A stretch of DNA of 64,000 nucleotides, from positions 46,748,001-46,812,000 of the forward strand of contig NC_135816.1 of assembly GCF_964213995.1 (NCBI RefSeq), in the 5' to 3' direction. Origin of the DNA: Mustelus asterias. Taxonomy: Eukaryota. The position numbers were made by a program, and so were the translations under genes. Positions 13,155 through 25,479 of the stretch are shown piece by piece. The notes below the pieces were generated by a model. The model was not told the DNA's origin. It saw only the letters and a list, made by a program, of their open reading frames with translations, and searched no databases. Positions within the stretch are counted from its first letter, which is position 1. Each line of letters opens with the position of its first letter.

Positions 13155-13438
13155 AAAGGTAGGGGAGTCTAAAACTAGAGGCATAGGTTTAAGGTGAAAG
13201 GGGAGAGATACAAAAGGGTCCAGAGGGGCAATTTTTTCCACACAGAGGGTGGTGTGTGTCTGGAACAAGCTGTCACCTGTAGTAGTAGAGGCGAGTACAA
13301 TTTTGTCTTTTAAAAAGCATTTAGAGAGTTACATGGGTAAAATGGATAATAGAGGGATACGGGCCAAACACAGGCTGGGCGGCATGGACAAGTTGGGCCA
13401 AAGGGCCTGTTTCCATGCCGTAAACCTCTATGACTCTA
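13155..13438 (+). mobile_element. CR1 3' fragment, same subfamily as 29395-30560
   Basis: Closely similar to 30247-30560, including the CTCTATGACTCTA end. Confidence 0.85.
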
Positions 13439-13641
13439 TTAGGCAATGGCAATTTTTTTGGCAGTCAGGTCTTGGACATTTGGTTCCTTAAAACGTTTAT
13501 CACTGAAAATCCTCACGGGGGCACTGTAAACAAGGTAAATCACATTCAGCACTCATCTTTCAGAAAAGGTTTAAGGTTATGACTAAGTTAGATTCTCTGG
13601 AACAATTGCTAATTTTGCCTAAAGATATCAAACATACAAAC

Positions 13642-13705
13642 CTTAAAAAGAGAGTAATCACAGCCTGACATCAGCCTGCTGGCAAGTTGAATGTGATTAT
13701 ATAAT
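13642..13705 (-). CDS. eif4e1b: eIF4E1B coding exon 4 (LYNHIQLASRLMSGCDYSLFK)
   Basis: 64 nt, CAATAG| acceptor and |GTTTGT donor, in phase with both neighbours. Confidence 0.95.
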
Positions 13706-14943
13706 CTATTGAAGCAAAAGAAAGAGGAAGTTTCAGTAAGAGAGAAAACACATTTGATGTGGTTTTGCAACAGTTACCCTCAGCATTGATACATGGTTGA
13801 TCTCTCAGAAATAAGTAGTTGCACTCATATGTTTCAGTCAAGGTTTGCTATAATCTGCACTATCCTAGTGATTCATGGCCAACATGTTCAGCACATTGAA
13901 CAAAGACAAGAGCCAGTGCAGAACAAAAACTATAAAAAAGGGAGAAATGCTGGACAGATAGTACAGGAAGAAAAGAGATGAACAACTAGTCACAAGAGCA
14001 AGAGCTTAAAATTTACAGATCTAGTTGACAGCTACAATTAATGTTTCCACGTGGCATATCAAACAATCGCCTTAAAAATGGACACGTCAGTTCACTAGCT
14101 AGACATCTCAATTATGCTCCAGAACAATAATGTGCAACAGCATGGAAGATGTGCAATCAATTCCAAAGAAATGTAACTAGTCTGGATTCCTTGGTTTATT
14201 GTTGCCAAACAAAAAGCAGAAATTTTCCAAAAATAATTTGCTGGGAAGAGATTTGTAATAAAGTTGTTTAAAAACCTCTGTCTCCATATCAATAAGTTCT
14301 TAATGTTCCTTAATTAACATTAATGCACAGTGCTTCAAGACATCACATCCCCACAAGCAAGCAGACAAGAACTTCGACGATTTTCTTGCACACCATCCTC
14401 CCAAGTGTATCTCAAAGCAGGAAAAGTCTTGGATAGAACAAATTGCTTATATATGGCATATTGGAAAAGCAACAAAACTGTCAAGAGACAAGATCTAATA
14501 CTATTGCAGTCCCTGTTATGCTTTCTCACCCATCCACGTCATGATCAAAATGTCACTCTAAACTATGCTGCAAGCCCACTCAAAGTTCCATGTTAAAAAA
14601 AAATAACGCAGAACACCGAACACACATGGGATGTTGCAAATGGTCATAGGGTGATTGCAAGATCAAAAAATGCAGCAATTTTGTTGGCAAGTTCATTTAA
14701 ATTTTAGGAGAGATTTAGAGTTAGCACTGATTTAGGCTCATTTGTCACAGGAATTGATGGAGTAGGTGCTATAACACTAACCAACAAGACCAGCTGTTAT
14801 TACAATAGACTCAGCTCACTACAGACAGTATTTTATCCTGAAGCAAGAAATCTAATTTTCTAAATTTTAGAAATAGTTCAGTTCAAAGTTGAACCTTTAG
14901 AAATATTTTCCACTTTCTAGAAATCATTCCTCAAAATACTTAC

Positions 14944-15039
14944 GCCCAAAAATCTTCCACAGTGTCAAATTTAGTAACAAGACGAAGATTTGCCTGCCAG
15001 GGTTTACTTTTATCATTTTTGAAAAACCAGAGGGTCCAC
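14944..15039 (-). CDS. eif4e1b: eIF4E1B coding exon 3 (WTLWFFKNDKSKPWQANLRLVTKFDTVEDFWA)
   Basis: 96 nt, AG/GT bounded. Contains the W56 and W73 equivalents; LVTK is 1B-like (1A has LISK). Confidence 0.95.
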
Positions 15040-15139
15040 CTATATTTGAAGATAATAAACAGAATGAAACATTCCAGAAAATTTAGACCCTTTTTTTTAA
15101 ACTGTTTCAAAGCAATGATATAACTGACTAAAATAACTG

Positions 15140-15440
15140 AAGAATCAGAATCCTGACAATGCAGAAGGAGGCCATTTGGCCCATCGAGCCTGTACCGACA
15201 ACAATCAAGCCCAGGCCTTATCCCCACAACCCCCCCCCCCCGATATTTAACCTGCTAATCCCCAACACTAAGGGACAATTTAGCATGGCCAATTCACCTA
15301 ACTTGCATATCTTTGGACTGTAGGAGGAAACTGGAGCACCCAGAGGAAACCCACACAGACACGGGGAGAATGTGCAAACTTCACACAGGCCAGAATCGAA
15401 CCCGGATCCCTGGAGCAGTGAGCTAACGACTGTGCTGCCC
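15140..15440 (-). mobile_element. HE1-type SINE
   Basis: Reverse-complement homolog of 21117-21449. Confidence 0.8.
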
Positions 15441-16727
15441 TGAAGTCTAGTAATACTGCCAATGCAATCTCCATTCTAAATAATGAATATTCAAGTACAA
15501 TTGAAAAATGTTGCTTGAAAATAGGCACGACATTTTCAAAGTAAAATTGCAAAGAAATTAACATAATAAAAACACTTCATTCCAAATACATGAAATTTAG
15601 CTTAATCAGAACTCACTGCAGAAATTGTCTTCCCAAAGCACAAACTTACCAATGGCTCAGAAAATAATATTCAACCATCTTGTACAGTCATATTTCTAGG
15701 ATAATTAAGTTCAACACTAGAAAAAATATATTCGGTTCTGTACCACAGTTGCTATATTTTCTAAAAAAAAACAAATTGCAGCATCCAATTGCAATCAACT
15801 GATATTTTGGTATACTAGAGGAAAATACACAAGATGTACTTTTTAGGTTCCCTACTTTTTCTCCAAATGAAACCAAGATATCTGCAAAATTTATCTACAT
15901 TGTGCGCACCAAAGTCTTATCATGGCAGCACCAGTGCTGACAAATTACAGAATAGCTTGCCTGCCGAATGCCAAAATTACCAAATCAGATTTGATTATCT
16001 TATGACAAGATAAATAGATTCATCCAGGATCTCTCAATTCATACAATTTGGCCTGCAGCACATTAGTGACCTTGTCTTTGGTTGTCTCCCAGCTACCATC
16101 TTCTCCTTTAAGACTGCTTTTAAAACATACCTTGGACCAAGCTCTGTACATGGTTCACTGTATTTAATGTTCCTGTGAAGTGATTTGTGTTTTACTACAA
16201 ATACTGTGTAAATGCACATCACTAACTGTAAATCGTAGCTGGCCACTAAAAAGTAGCACTTTGTTTGAAATGGTGGCAAATTCAGTTACAGGCCAAAGTC
16301 AATATAGTCACAGTCCAAAGTCAACTTTGTCAGAAGAGTTCATCTACATGGTGTAGAAGATTTACCAATCTGACAGGCGCAAGTTTTATCCAATTCAATG
16401 TCAAAATAGCAGATAAGAGGCAGGAAGTAACGAACAAAAAAAAAATGTTTAGTGAACTTGATCACAATTTGTTGATCCATGCTAGAAAAGTTGCACATGA
16501 ATGTTTGGCAAGGCCACAATTGTGCTGAGGTGTGATGGCCCGCAGATTGAGCAGCACATTAGCACTCATTATCTAAGTTTAGATTTTGAAGACCCCATTT
16601 GGCTTGCATCCATTAAATAATGCCTATTAAAAGCTCATCTTTTGAGGAACAGAAATATACTTAAGTGGTAAATAGCAAAACAGTTTACCAAGCAGAAAAA
16701 AAATGAATATAACAAGATAGATGATAC

Positions 16728-16825
16728 CTATTCTGCAAAGGATGCTTCGTATATGGTTGAATAGTCAGATGCTCCTTTTCAGCAGACTTAGTTTCTTCAG
16801 ACTCTTCAAAAACTACCAGGTATAC
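16728..16825 (-). CDS. eif4e1b: eIF4E1B coding exon 2 (VYLVVFEESEETKSAEKEHLTIQPYTKHPLQNR)
   Basis: Ends in the invariant KHPLQN-R with donor AG|GTATCA. The acceptor TTTAAG|GTA gives the required phase 0. 98 nt; the 5' boundary is less certain than the 3'. Confidence 0.85.
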
Positions 16826-17330
16826 CTTAAATGGCAATGTATAAATATAAGCTACCATTGTTGGAATACAAACAATACATACATCTGTAACAACATTTTT
16901 ATACTCAAGTCAAAATCCTGGAATATATTACCAAACAGCATGGAGTGTACCTTCAGGAAGAACAACTCTATTTAAGACGACGACCCACCATCACCCCATT
17001 CTCAGGCCAACATCGAATTGACAAAAATATTGCTTTACTAGCAGCTCCACAGAGAGCAAAGAACAAAAGGTATTGTTCAGACATCAAGTGGGGAAGGGAA
17101 AGGTAAAAGAAGGCAGGGCATCCCGTGGAGGGGGACTCAGATCATTATATCATGCAATAATTCCAGGTCCGTGGTGCAATGTAACAAAAAGATGGCTTCA
17201 AACAGGGACCCAAAGCCAAATAGCTCCTTGTAACTGCTGTTACTTCCCCAATGGGAACAGGTTCCAAAGACAATATTGGGATATATGACAAAAGACTGTT
17301 TTCTTCAAATTTAATGTCACCATTTAAGGG

Positions 17331-17426
17331 ATGATGTGGAGATGCCGGTGTTGGACTGGGGTAAACACAGTAAGAAGTTTAACACCACCAGGTTTGGACT
17401 TTAACCTGGTGTTGTTAAACTTCTTA
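17331..17426 (-). mobile_element. Very short Penelope-derived fold-back element
   Basis: Same terminal sequence family; duplicated flank ACCATTTAAGGGA (17319-17331, 17426-17438). Confidence 0.8.
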
Positions 17427-17822
17427 CCATTTAAGGGAGTCAATGGTATAGTGGTATTATCACTAAACTATTAATCCAGAAACTCAGCTAATGTTCTGAG
17501 GAGCCAGGTTCAAATCCCACCACAGCAGATTGTAGAATTTGAATTCAACAAAAAAAATCTGGGAATTAAGAATCTACAGATGGCCATGAAACCATCGTCA
17601 ATAGTCAGAAAAACCCATCTGGTTCACTGATGTCCTTTAGGGAAGGAAATCTGCCGTCCTTACCTGGTCTGGCCTACATATGACTCCAGGTCCACAGAAT
17701 GTGGTTGACTCTCAATTGACTTCAGGCAACTAGGAATGGGCAATAAATGCTGGCCAGCCAACAATGTAAGAAGTTTAACACCACCAGGTTAAAGTCCAAC
17801 AGGTTTATTTGGTAGCAAAAGC

Positions 17823-17859
17823 CACAAGCTTTCAGGGCCTCAAGCCCCTTCTTCAGGCG
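17823..17859 (-). ncRNA. Minimal type I hammerhead ribozyme motif (sense to the eif4e1b pre-mRNA)
   Basis: CGC-CUGAAGA-A-GGGGC(UUGAG)GCCCU-GAA-AGCU-U^GUG on the - strand. Confidence 0.65.
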
Positions 17860-17880
17860 AGTGGGAACAGAATTCCCACT

Positions 17881-17917
17881 CACCTGAAGAAGGGGCTTAA
17901 GACTCCGAAAGCTTGTG
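17881..17917 (+). ncRNA. Minimal type I hammerhead ribozyme motif
   Basis: CAC-CUGAAGA-A-GGGG(CUUAAGA)CUCC-GAA-AGCU-U^GUG. Confidence 0.65.
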
Positions 17918-18817
17918 GCTTTTGCTACCAAATAAACCTGTTGGACTTTAACCTGGTGTTGTTAAACTTCTTACTGTGTTTAACCCCAGTCCAACGCCGG
18001 CATCTCCACATCATGACAGCCAACAACATCCATGTCCCACAAATGATTTTTTAAAATGCACTTCTGGCTAAGATAACAAGGCAAAACCAGAAAACCATAT
18101 ATTAGATGGAGTATAGATTTATGGAAATATTCATTAAATGGTCATCTCCAATCATGCCTAATTTAGTTTACCATCCTTTTCTTCCAGTTTGCAACATGGA
18201 TTTTCTTCAATAAAGCATTTAAATTCCAATAGGCTTTCAATCATCATTATCTGATAAATTCCAAACTACTTCTCAATTTTAATCTCAACATTCCCTCAAC
18301 CAAATTAGTTTGGTTTTACAGTAAAACTACAAACCACCCAAACAGATTGTAACTGCACTTGTAATGAGTTAAATCCAGTTTATCACATTTATTGTAACGC
18401 GACGTGAGTCTTGTGCCTGACCACAGGAAATGATTTAAATCGGTGCTTGTTAAAATCAACAGAAGGTAAATCACAAAAAAATTCTAAGGTGCTCCATGTA
18501 GAATTAGCCTTCTCTATTCTCTTCTGTTGTTCGACTCCATCCGAGTCTTGCTTTAGTGAGTTTGAGAGTGCGGTCAGGCGGACAATTAAAAATACTGGTG
18601 TTAAATTACATTCTCCTAACCTGACAAAGTTACATACTCTTGACAAATTGTACTACAACTGTCCCCCGGGCAAAGAAACTTTGGTGTAATTAAAACGTAG
18701 CGCTGAAAAAAAACTTCGAACAAATTAAATGAGAAGTTATAATTCACAGGTGTCCCTTTTACATCTGAGCAATTGTATGGCACTCATTCACAACGCCGAC
18801 TACCGAGACTCACTCAC

Positions 18818-18835
18818 CGGCTTTGCTACCGCCAT
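18818..18835 (-). CDS. eif4e1b: eIF4E family member 1B, coding exon 1 (MAVAKP)
   Basis: ATG GCG GTA GCA AAG CCG|GTGAGT. 18 nt, phase 0, the same size as the MATVEP first coding exon of class I eIF4E. Confidence 0.8.
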
Positions 18836-20496
18836 ACTGAAATGTAGAACCTCCAAATTACCTGCCTCGTCCCACATTTATGGGGCTAATTGATCATTTG
18901 TTAAAGGGATTCCATGCCAACTGCTTAGTCTGATTTTGTAACTGTAAAAGAATCATCAAGTTCGTCCCTATTAACATTTTAGTAAATCATCTGACACTTC
19001 GATGTGTTTTTTTTCTGGATTAACCGTATTATAACCCCGTTCACATAAAGTGGGGGCAATCTCCCACTTCATTTGGAACGTTTGTTAATGGAAAGGGGGG
19101 AAAAAGCTGTTCACAAAGTGTGATAACGAAATTTAATCGGATATGGTCCCTTAAAAATACAAACAATAACATTATGTATGTATGTTTTAGTATTTTCAAA
19201 TCGTTTGGGTAACATAAAATGTAGCAAATCACCAATGGATGGCAAAATCCACGTGGAGTCAAAAAACCAAGTGTTTTGCTAATTGATGAAGCTGCCCAGT
19301 TCTCCAAACCCCATTAAATGACTAGGAAAAGAGAAGATGGTTCAGGTGAACTGTGGGCAAGCACTCAATACATTGGTTTTGGAGCATGCATTTATATGAA
19401 GGAGCTGGACGAAATCCTCTTCGTCATGAAGTGACCTATTCGTGCCATTGACACCACTGACCCTTTTAGTGCATAACAGGCGCTGGTGTCCTATGGGCAG
19501 ATTGCACATGCTTTGCATCTTTCTGTCAATTGATACTAAGACCCTGTGGATATTTTTCTACTAATATTGCTAAGTGGGAGGAAAACAGTCTGTTTCTGGT
19601 GCAACCAGACTTGCCCTGAATTCTTCCATTGCTCCTCCTCATCTTGGATATTCTAAAACAATAAGAGTGACAGACTACCTAAAACAATAGTTCCTGACCA
19701 ATAAGCAAATCATAAAAAAAGAACCAAACTCAGAAAGAGCCTTAAAATGTTTTTTAAACTCTTAGTCTAGTCTCTTTAAAGGCTTCTGGGCAAGCACCGC
19801 ACATCCACAGCCACATACGTTCATTTTATGTGGACAAGTAATATGACTGCCCCACTGGCAAAAAAACCCAGAAACGTGTGAATCACTGGAGACTAATTCT
19901 ACTGGCGAATAATTCTAGAATCGAAATATTTTTTTCCCCTGAGATGTGGGCAACATCAGTTTTTATTGCCCTGTTCCAGATTTCCTGAGGGCATTAAGGG
20001 TAGACCATATAGTGTTGACTGAACCACATGTAGGTCATGGCTGGTCAGTTGAATTTCCTTTCTTTAGGGCATTAGTGAGTCACATTCAACATTTAGGACT
20101 GCAACAAGTATAGTCATTTTCTGATGCTAGCCTGCAAATTAGCAGATGGAATTCAATTTCATAATGTGTGGTCTGATGGAATTATGAATTCCTAGACTGG
20201 CTTGGGTGGCGCAGTGGTTAGCACTGCTGCCTCAAGGAGCAGGGCTCCGAAAGCTAATGGCATTTGCTACCAAATAAACCTGTTGGACTTTAACCTGGTG
20301 TTGTTAAAACTCTTACTGTGGATAGGGAATTCACAGAGATAGCTAGATTTAATATGAATGCATAGCTTGGTGCCGAAACCCAGGGTCCCTTGCAGAGTAT
20401 GAATTAACATGGAGATGTTGAAACAAAACTAAGAGTTGGTTTAAAATACAAACAGGTACTCAACAAGAGAAACAAAATAAGCATCTGTGTATTTGA

Positions 20497-20681
20497 ACAC
20501 AGTAAGAAGTCTCACAACACCAGGTTAAAGTCCAACAGGTTTATTTGGTAGCAAAAGAGTGGCTTTTGTGACACATTTCCACTCCATCTGACGAAGGAGC
20601 CGCGCTCCGAAAGCTTATGGTATTTGCTACCAAATAAACCTGTTGGACTTTAACCTGGTGTTGTGAGACTTCTTACCGTGC
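20497..20681 (+). mobile_element. Penelope-derived fold-back element (a further one-armed fragment lies at ~20234-20320)
   Basis: Inverted CAGTAAGAAGTCTCACAACACCAGGTTAAAGTCCAACAGGTTTATTTGGTAGCAAA arms around a hammerhead core. Confidence 0.85.
20584..20620 (+). ncRNA. Minimal type I hammerhead ribozyme motif (Penelope-associated)
   Basis: CCAU-CUGACGA-A-GGAGC(CGC)GCUCC-GAA-AGCU-U^AUGG: 4-bp stem I, 5-bp stem II, palindromic AGCU in place of stem III. Confidence 0.75.
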
Positions 20682-23600
20682 TGTTAGTTCACCAATGCTC
20701 TATCCATGCTAATATTTCACCCCCAAAATTATGAATTCTAATCTTTGGCAGTAACCTTTTAGGTGGCATCTTACTGAACATCTTTTGGAAATCCAAATAT
20801 ATCTGCTCGTTCCCCTTTATTCACCCATTTTGTTACATCTTCAAAGAACACTCTAATAACTTAGCCAAACATGTGGACTCTGCTTGATTGTATTTTTATT
20901 TTCTAAATGTCCTGCTACCACCTCCTTAATAATGGATATTATTATTTTCCCAATGCCAGACCACCTGGCCCATGGTTTCCTGCTTTCTGCTTCACTCGTT
21001 TCTTGAATAAGGGTGTCATATTTACAGTTTTCCAATCGCTGTGACCTTTCCAGAATATAGACCAGAATTTCACTTTGCTTGGATAGGCATGCATCCAACC
21101 TGAAAGCAGATGAAATGGGGCAGCACGGTGGCACAGTGGTTAGCACTGCTGCCTCACAGCGCCAGGGTCCCAGTTCAATTCTGACCTCAGGCCACTGTCT
21201 GTGTGGAGTTTGCTTGTTCTCCCCGTGTCTGCATGGGTTTCCTCCAGCTGCTCTGGTTTCCTCCCACAGTCCAAAGATATGCGGGTTAGGTTGATTGGCC
21301 ATGCTAAATTGACCCTAGTGTCAGGGGGATTAGCAGGGTAAATGCGTGGTTTCTGGGAATAGGGTCTGGGTGGGATTGTGGTCGGTATAGACTTGATGGG
21401 CCAAATGTACTCCTTCTGTACTGTAGGAATTCTATGATTCTATTCTATGAAATTGCACGAAAAGACATCAGATATGTGTTCTGACATCATTGTGCACTCG
21501 CGCACTATTTCAGTTGGCGGGTATGTGCGAGAGTCAAAAATGTGCCTGCTGATAATTAAGCAGGCAATTGAGCACATTAAGGAGTCAGTTGAATGCAATT
21601 TTACATGGCCTGCCTGCTTTTACAGTTTGCAAGCAGTCTGATTGGCCAGGCAAATTTTACATTTTAGCTGCGACCCCGATCCAAGGCGGGATGAATTGTC
21701 GGGGCTGAAATAAAATTTATAAAGGTGCCTGGGGACTGAGGTTTGTGTTTGAAGGTGCTGCCTAAAAACTCTGCATAGTTTTTCCATTGCAATTTATTTT
21801 TTACAGCTCTGCCGCTCCCTGAGACAACTTCACAGCAGCTATTGAGGAAGCATCTTAGAAGCACCAGTCCAGACCCTACTTTTCCTCAGTGCCACCCTCT
21901 TCCCATCTTGCCTGGGAAGAGCACTGCTGAACCTTTCACAGTGCACATTTCACCCTGCCTGCCTGTTAATTGGCCAGCCAGTGTGAAATCATGCCCTGAA
22001 GCGTTTTGCTCCAGCCTCGAGGCTGGCTGAGTGCACACTCCTGACGGATGAAAAATTCAAGCCATGTGGGATTTTAGAAGATGACAACCCAATGCACCTA
22101 CTCTCCCTGCAGTCACTTTCTTTAATTCTGACCATATGATTCAAGCCATCAGATCCAGGTACTTGTCAGATTTTAGCCCCATTAGTTTTCTTCTTGTTTT
22201 TTTCCCCAATGATCATGAATGTTTTAAGTCCCTCCCTCCTTCTTGCCTCTTGCTTTCCTACTATTCTTGGGATGCTTTCTGTGTCTTCTACTGTGAAGAC
22301 AGAGACAACATAGTTTTCAAAGCCTTTGCCATTCCCTCATTTCCCATTAATAATTCATCAGTCTCACTCCTTATGGGGCCAACACTTACTTTAGCTACTC
22401 TCTTCCTTTTTATGTACTAGTAGAAGCTTTTGCTGTTATTTTTATATTTCTTGCCAGTTCTTTTCCTAGTCCAATTTCTCCTCTTTTTCTAGTCTTCCTT
22501 AATACAAGGACACAAGATCCCTGTGTATTACAGCATTCTGAAGTCTATCTCGATTGAAAAATATTCTGCTTTCATATATTTTTTAAATGTTTCCAATCTT
22601 CTAAGCTACCAGTAATGTTTGCAGCATTGCACTTCTTGTACATTGTGCAGTAAGTCAAATGGCCTCCTCCTGTTCCTTGTTCTTGACTTCTTTAGTTAGC
22701 CATGATTTATGAATGATTTATCCCTCTGGTGGTATATTCCTTTCTCAATGGAATATAACTTTGTTGAGAATTATTGCCATGACCACATAAAAGGCATTTC
22801 CTCAAAGTAGTCTATGAGCTAAAATTTGTACGGCTGTTTGCAGTTCCCTTTTAATTTGCAAGTGATTCAATTTAAAAATACCCAACAGCAAAGCTTTAGT
22901 CTTAAGTAAGATAAATGTTTGTTTATTATAAAAATACAGCCATAAGGTACTTAAGTAAAATGAATAAAGTTACTAATTGGCAACATACAAAGATTAAATG
23001 TGGATAAGTATCAAAGATGAAAAGATGCAACATCCTTTTAGATATTGTTGCAGGCCCAGAACTTACAGCTGAAGTATCGGTTGTCTGAAGCGAAAGGTTG
23101 AAGAGTTGTGCTCAGCAGCTGTGATGACTTCTGCAGTCAATTATTTGCCTTCTCAGGTGGACTCAGCAGATTTTGGGAGAGAGAAGGTTTCTTGTTCGCC
23201 ACTAGTTCTGTAGTTACAACACTTGAGGTTTTCTTAGATTATTTTCCAGCAGAAGAGTTGATTTATGGATAGCTTGCATTTTGTTCTCTCTTGGCCAAGA
23301 ACCCTCTGTGATGTTGTCTCTTAGAGTTCCTCCTGGTAGTTCTGCATAACATGACTGTTCTCAGTCAGATTTTATTCAGTTCAAAACTCAAAATGGCTGC
23401 TATCCCAAACTGTTGAATTATACTCCATATTAGGTTTTGGATTAGCTCAGGTCTGGGGTGTAGTCCCATCCATTGCCTTTTAGCAAAAGTAATTAACTTT
23501 TCAAATGTCTCAGCCATTAACTTGAAAGGCTCCCATTCTTCCAGGTTTGGTGATATTAGAAAGAACAATTCACACTTTCAGGGAAACCATTGTAAATGAG

Positions 23601-24860
23601 TGTCTGTTTATGCTTGTCGAAATGTGCCTTGAATTTTAAATGTGTTCACATGTCTGATGTGTCTATTCACGATCCACTTGGAACCTTGTGGAAGTTTAAG
23701 AAATATTGCAGTTGTAAAAGGTTGGGAGACTTGTGGAAGCCAATTTAATGCTTCAAGTGTATTTTTAAAAGAAAGATTGACATTTTATTTACAAAATTTA
23801 TAATATCACAACTACAGTGATATATATCATATATATATCACAACTATATCATACTACTACAAGTATGAAATATATCCTTAAATGTCTGTCACTGCTTACC
23901 TACCTTTTTATTTTTCAACCTACTTTCCCAATCTATTTAAACAACTCTGTCTTCATATCCTTAAAATTGCCTTGATTTAAGTTAATGCACTCATTTCAGA
24001 CCCACGCTCTACACCCTCAAACTGAACGTGGAATTCTAACATGTTATAATCACCCTTACCTAAAAGATTTTTTACTATGATGTCATTAATTAATCCTACA
24101 CATTAGAAGGTCTAAAATAGCTGCTCCCTGTTTGGTTCCAGTTTGCACTGGTCTAAGAAACTGTCCTGAATGCATTCAATGAATAGATGCTATAAGATCA
24201 TTTTGCTAATTTGATTAATCCAATCTATATGAAGACAAAAATCTCATTATTATTGCAGTACCTTTTTAACAAGCTCCATTATTTCTCGAGTTATATATAC
24301 TCTGTCCTCTGGTGCAGCTACTGTTGAGGGAACTTATAAATTACTCCCACTGGTAACATATTTCCTTTGTTATTTCTTATTTCCACCCAAACTGATTCTA
24401 CATTTGATCCACTGAACCATAATAATTTCTCACTACAGTACTCATCTCATCCTTTATTAACAGAGCCACCTTCTTCCTCTTCCCCTTCTTCCAAAATGCC
24501 AATTACTCTTAAATATTCAGGTGCCAGCTATAGTCGTTTTGCAACCATAGGCAGGATTCTCTGGCCACGAGCACCCCAAGATCGGAAATTCCTGCCCGAG
24601 CTCAAAAGACCATTGAATGGTCCACCGACTTTACTGTCTCGCCGGTTACGATTCCTGTGTTGGATGAGACAGGAGAATTTTGACCCATGTCTCTGTAATG
24701 GCTATCATATATTTATCTACTTCCATTTGTGCTATCAATTCACCCATCTTGTTACGAATGTGACCTGCATTCACATAAAGAGCCTTTCATTCTGCCTTGA
24801 TTACTATTTTCCCTTACTCTGACCTTAATTAGGAATGCACTTTTATGGTTGTAGTCTCTA
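20680..24860 (-). mobile_element. Old fragmented CR1-like LINE with nested SINE/MITE insertions
   Basis: Scattered reverse-complement CR1 ORF2-like phrases (e.g. CCTTTTTATGTAC, GAAACTGTCCTGAATGCA) separated by younger repeats. Confidence 0.5.
21117..21449 (+). mobile_element. HE1-type tRNA-derived SINE, full length
   Basis: A box TGGCACAGTGG, B-box-like GTTCAATTC, V-SINE-like core, CR1-type (ATTCTATG) tail. Confidence 0.88.
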
Positions 24861-24879
24861 TCCCTTTCTCCCACGCTTT

Positions 24880-25189
24880 GAATCATAGAATCATAGAATC
24901 CCTACAGTGCAGAAGGAGGCTATTCAGCCCATCGAGCCTACACCAACAACAATCCCACCCAGGCCCTAAACCTATAACCCCACATATTACCCTAACACTA
25001 AGTGCAATTGAGCATAGCCAATGAACCTAACCTGCACATCTTTGGACTGTGAGAGGAAACCAGATCACATGGAGGAAACCCACACAGGAAGAATGTGCAA
25101 CTCCACACAGTTACCCAAGGCTGGAATTAAACCTGGGACCCTGGCGCTGTGAGGCAGCAGTGCTAACCACTGTGCCACCACGCTGCCCC
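24880..25189 (-). mobile_element. HE1-type SINE
   Basis: Reverse-complement homolog of 21117-21449 with a (CATAGAAT)n tail. Confidence 0.85.
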
Positions 25190-25479
25190 TAATTTTAGTT
25201 GGCATTACCCTTTGGCAATCCTGCTCTATCACACTGCCCTTTCCTTTTTTCACTTTCCCAAACTCCCCTCACCTGAACCCTCCCTCCCCATCTTATTAGT
25301 CTGTAGTTAATGAGTTTGTAATTTATTGAAAACTTCACTTTAGGAAATAAGTATGACCAAATTAAATCGCTCCAACACCTTCCAGCTGTGGAGGCACTAT
25401 ATATTTTTTAATTTTTTTATTGACACAAAATCTACATTGCAGAATTTTATGTAGTGTGTGCTGTCATGAGCCTAATTCA

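Larger units (their letters stand above)
17765..18016 (+). mobile_element. Penelope-derived fold-back element inserted into a SINE in eif4e1b intron 1
   Basis: 102-bp inverted arms (17766-17867, 17873-17974) plus the terminal tail CCCCAGTCCAACGCCGGCATCTCCACATCAT. TSD CAGCCAACAA (17755-17764, 18017-18026). Confidence 0.88.
17440..18053 (+). mobile_element. tRNA-derived SINE hosting the Penelope hairpin; related copies at ~2270-2570 (-) and ~57470-57720 (+)
   Basis: TGGTATAGTGG A box, GGTTCAAATCC B box, and a shared GGAAATCTGCCGTCCTTACC core. Confidence 0.65.

Noticed and set aside
7618-18835. Calling the gene canonical EIF4E (1A) next to TSPAN5
   Set aside because: LVTK, the R106 and A199 equivalents and the adjacent head-to-head synuclein fit the 1B paralogon better.
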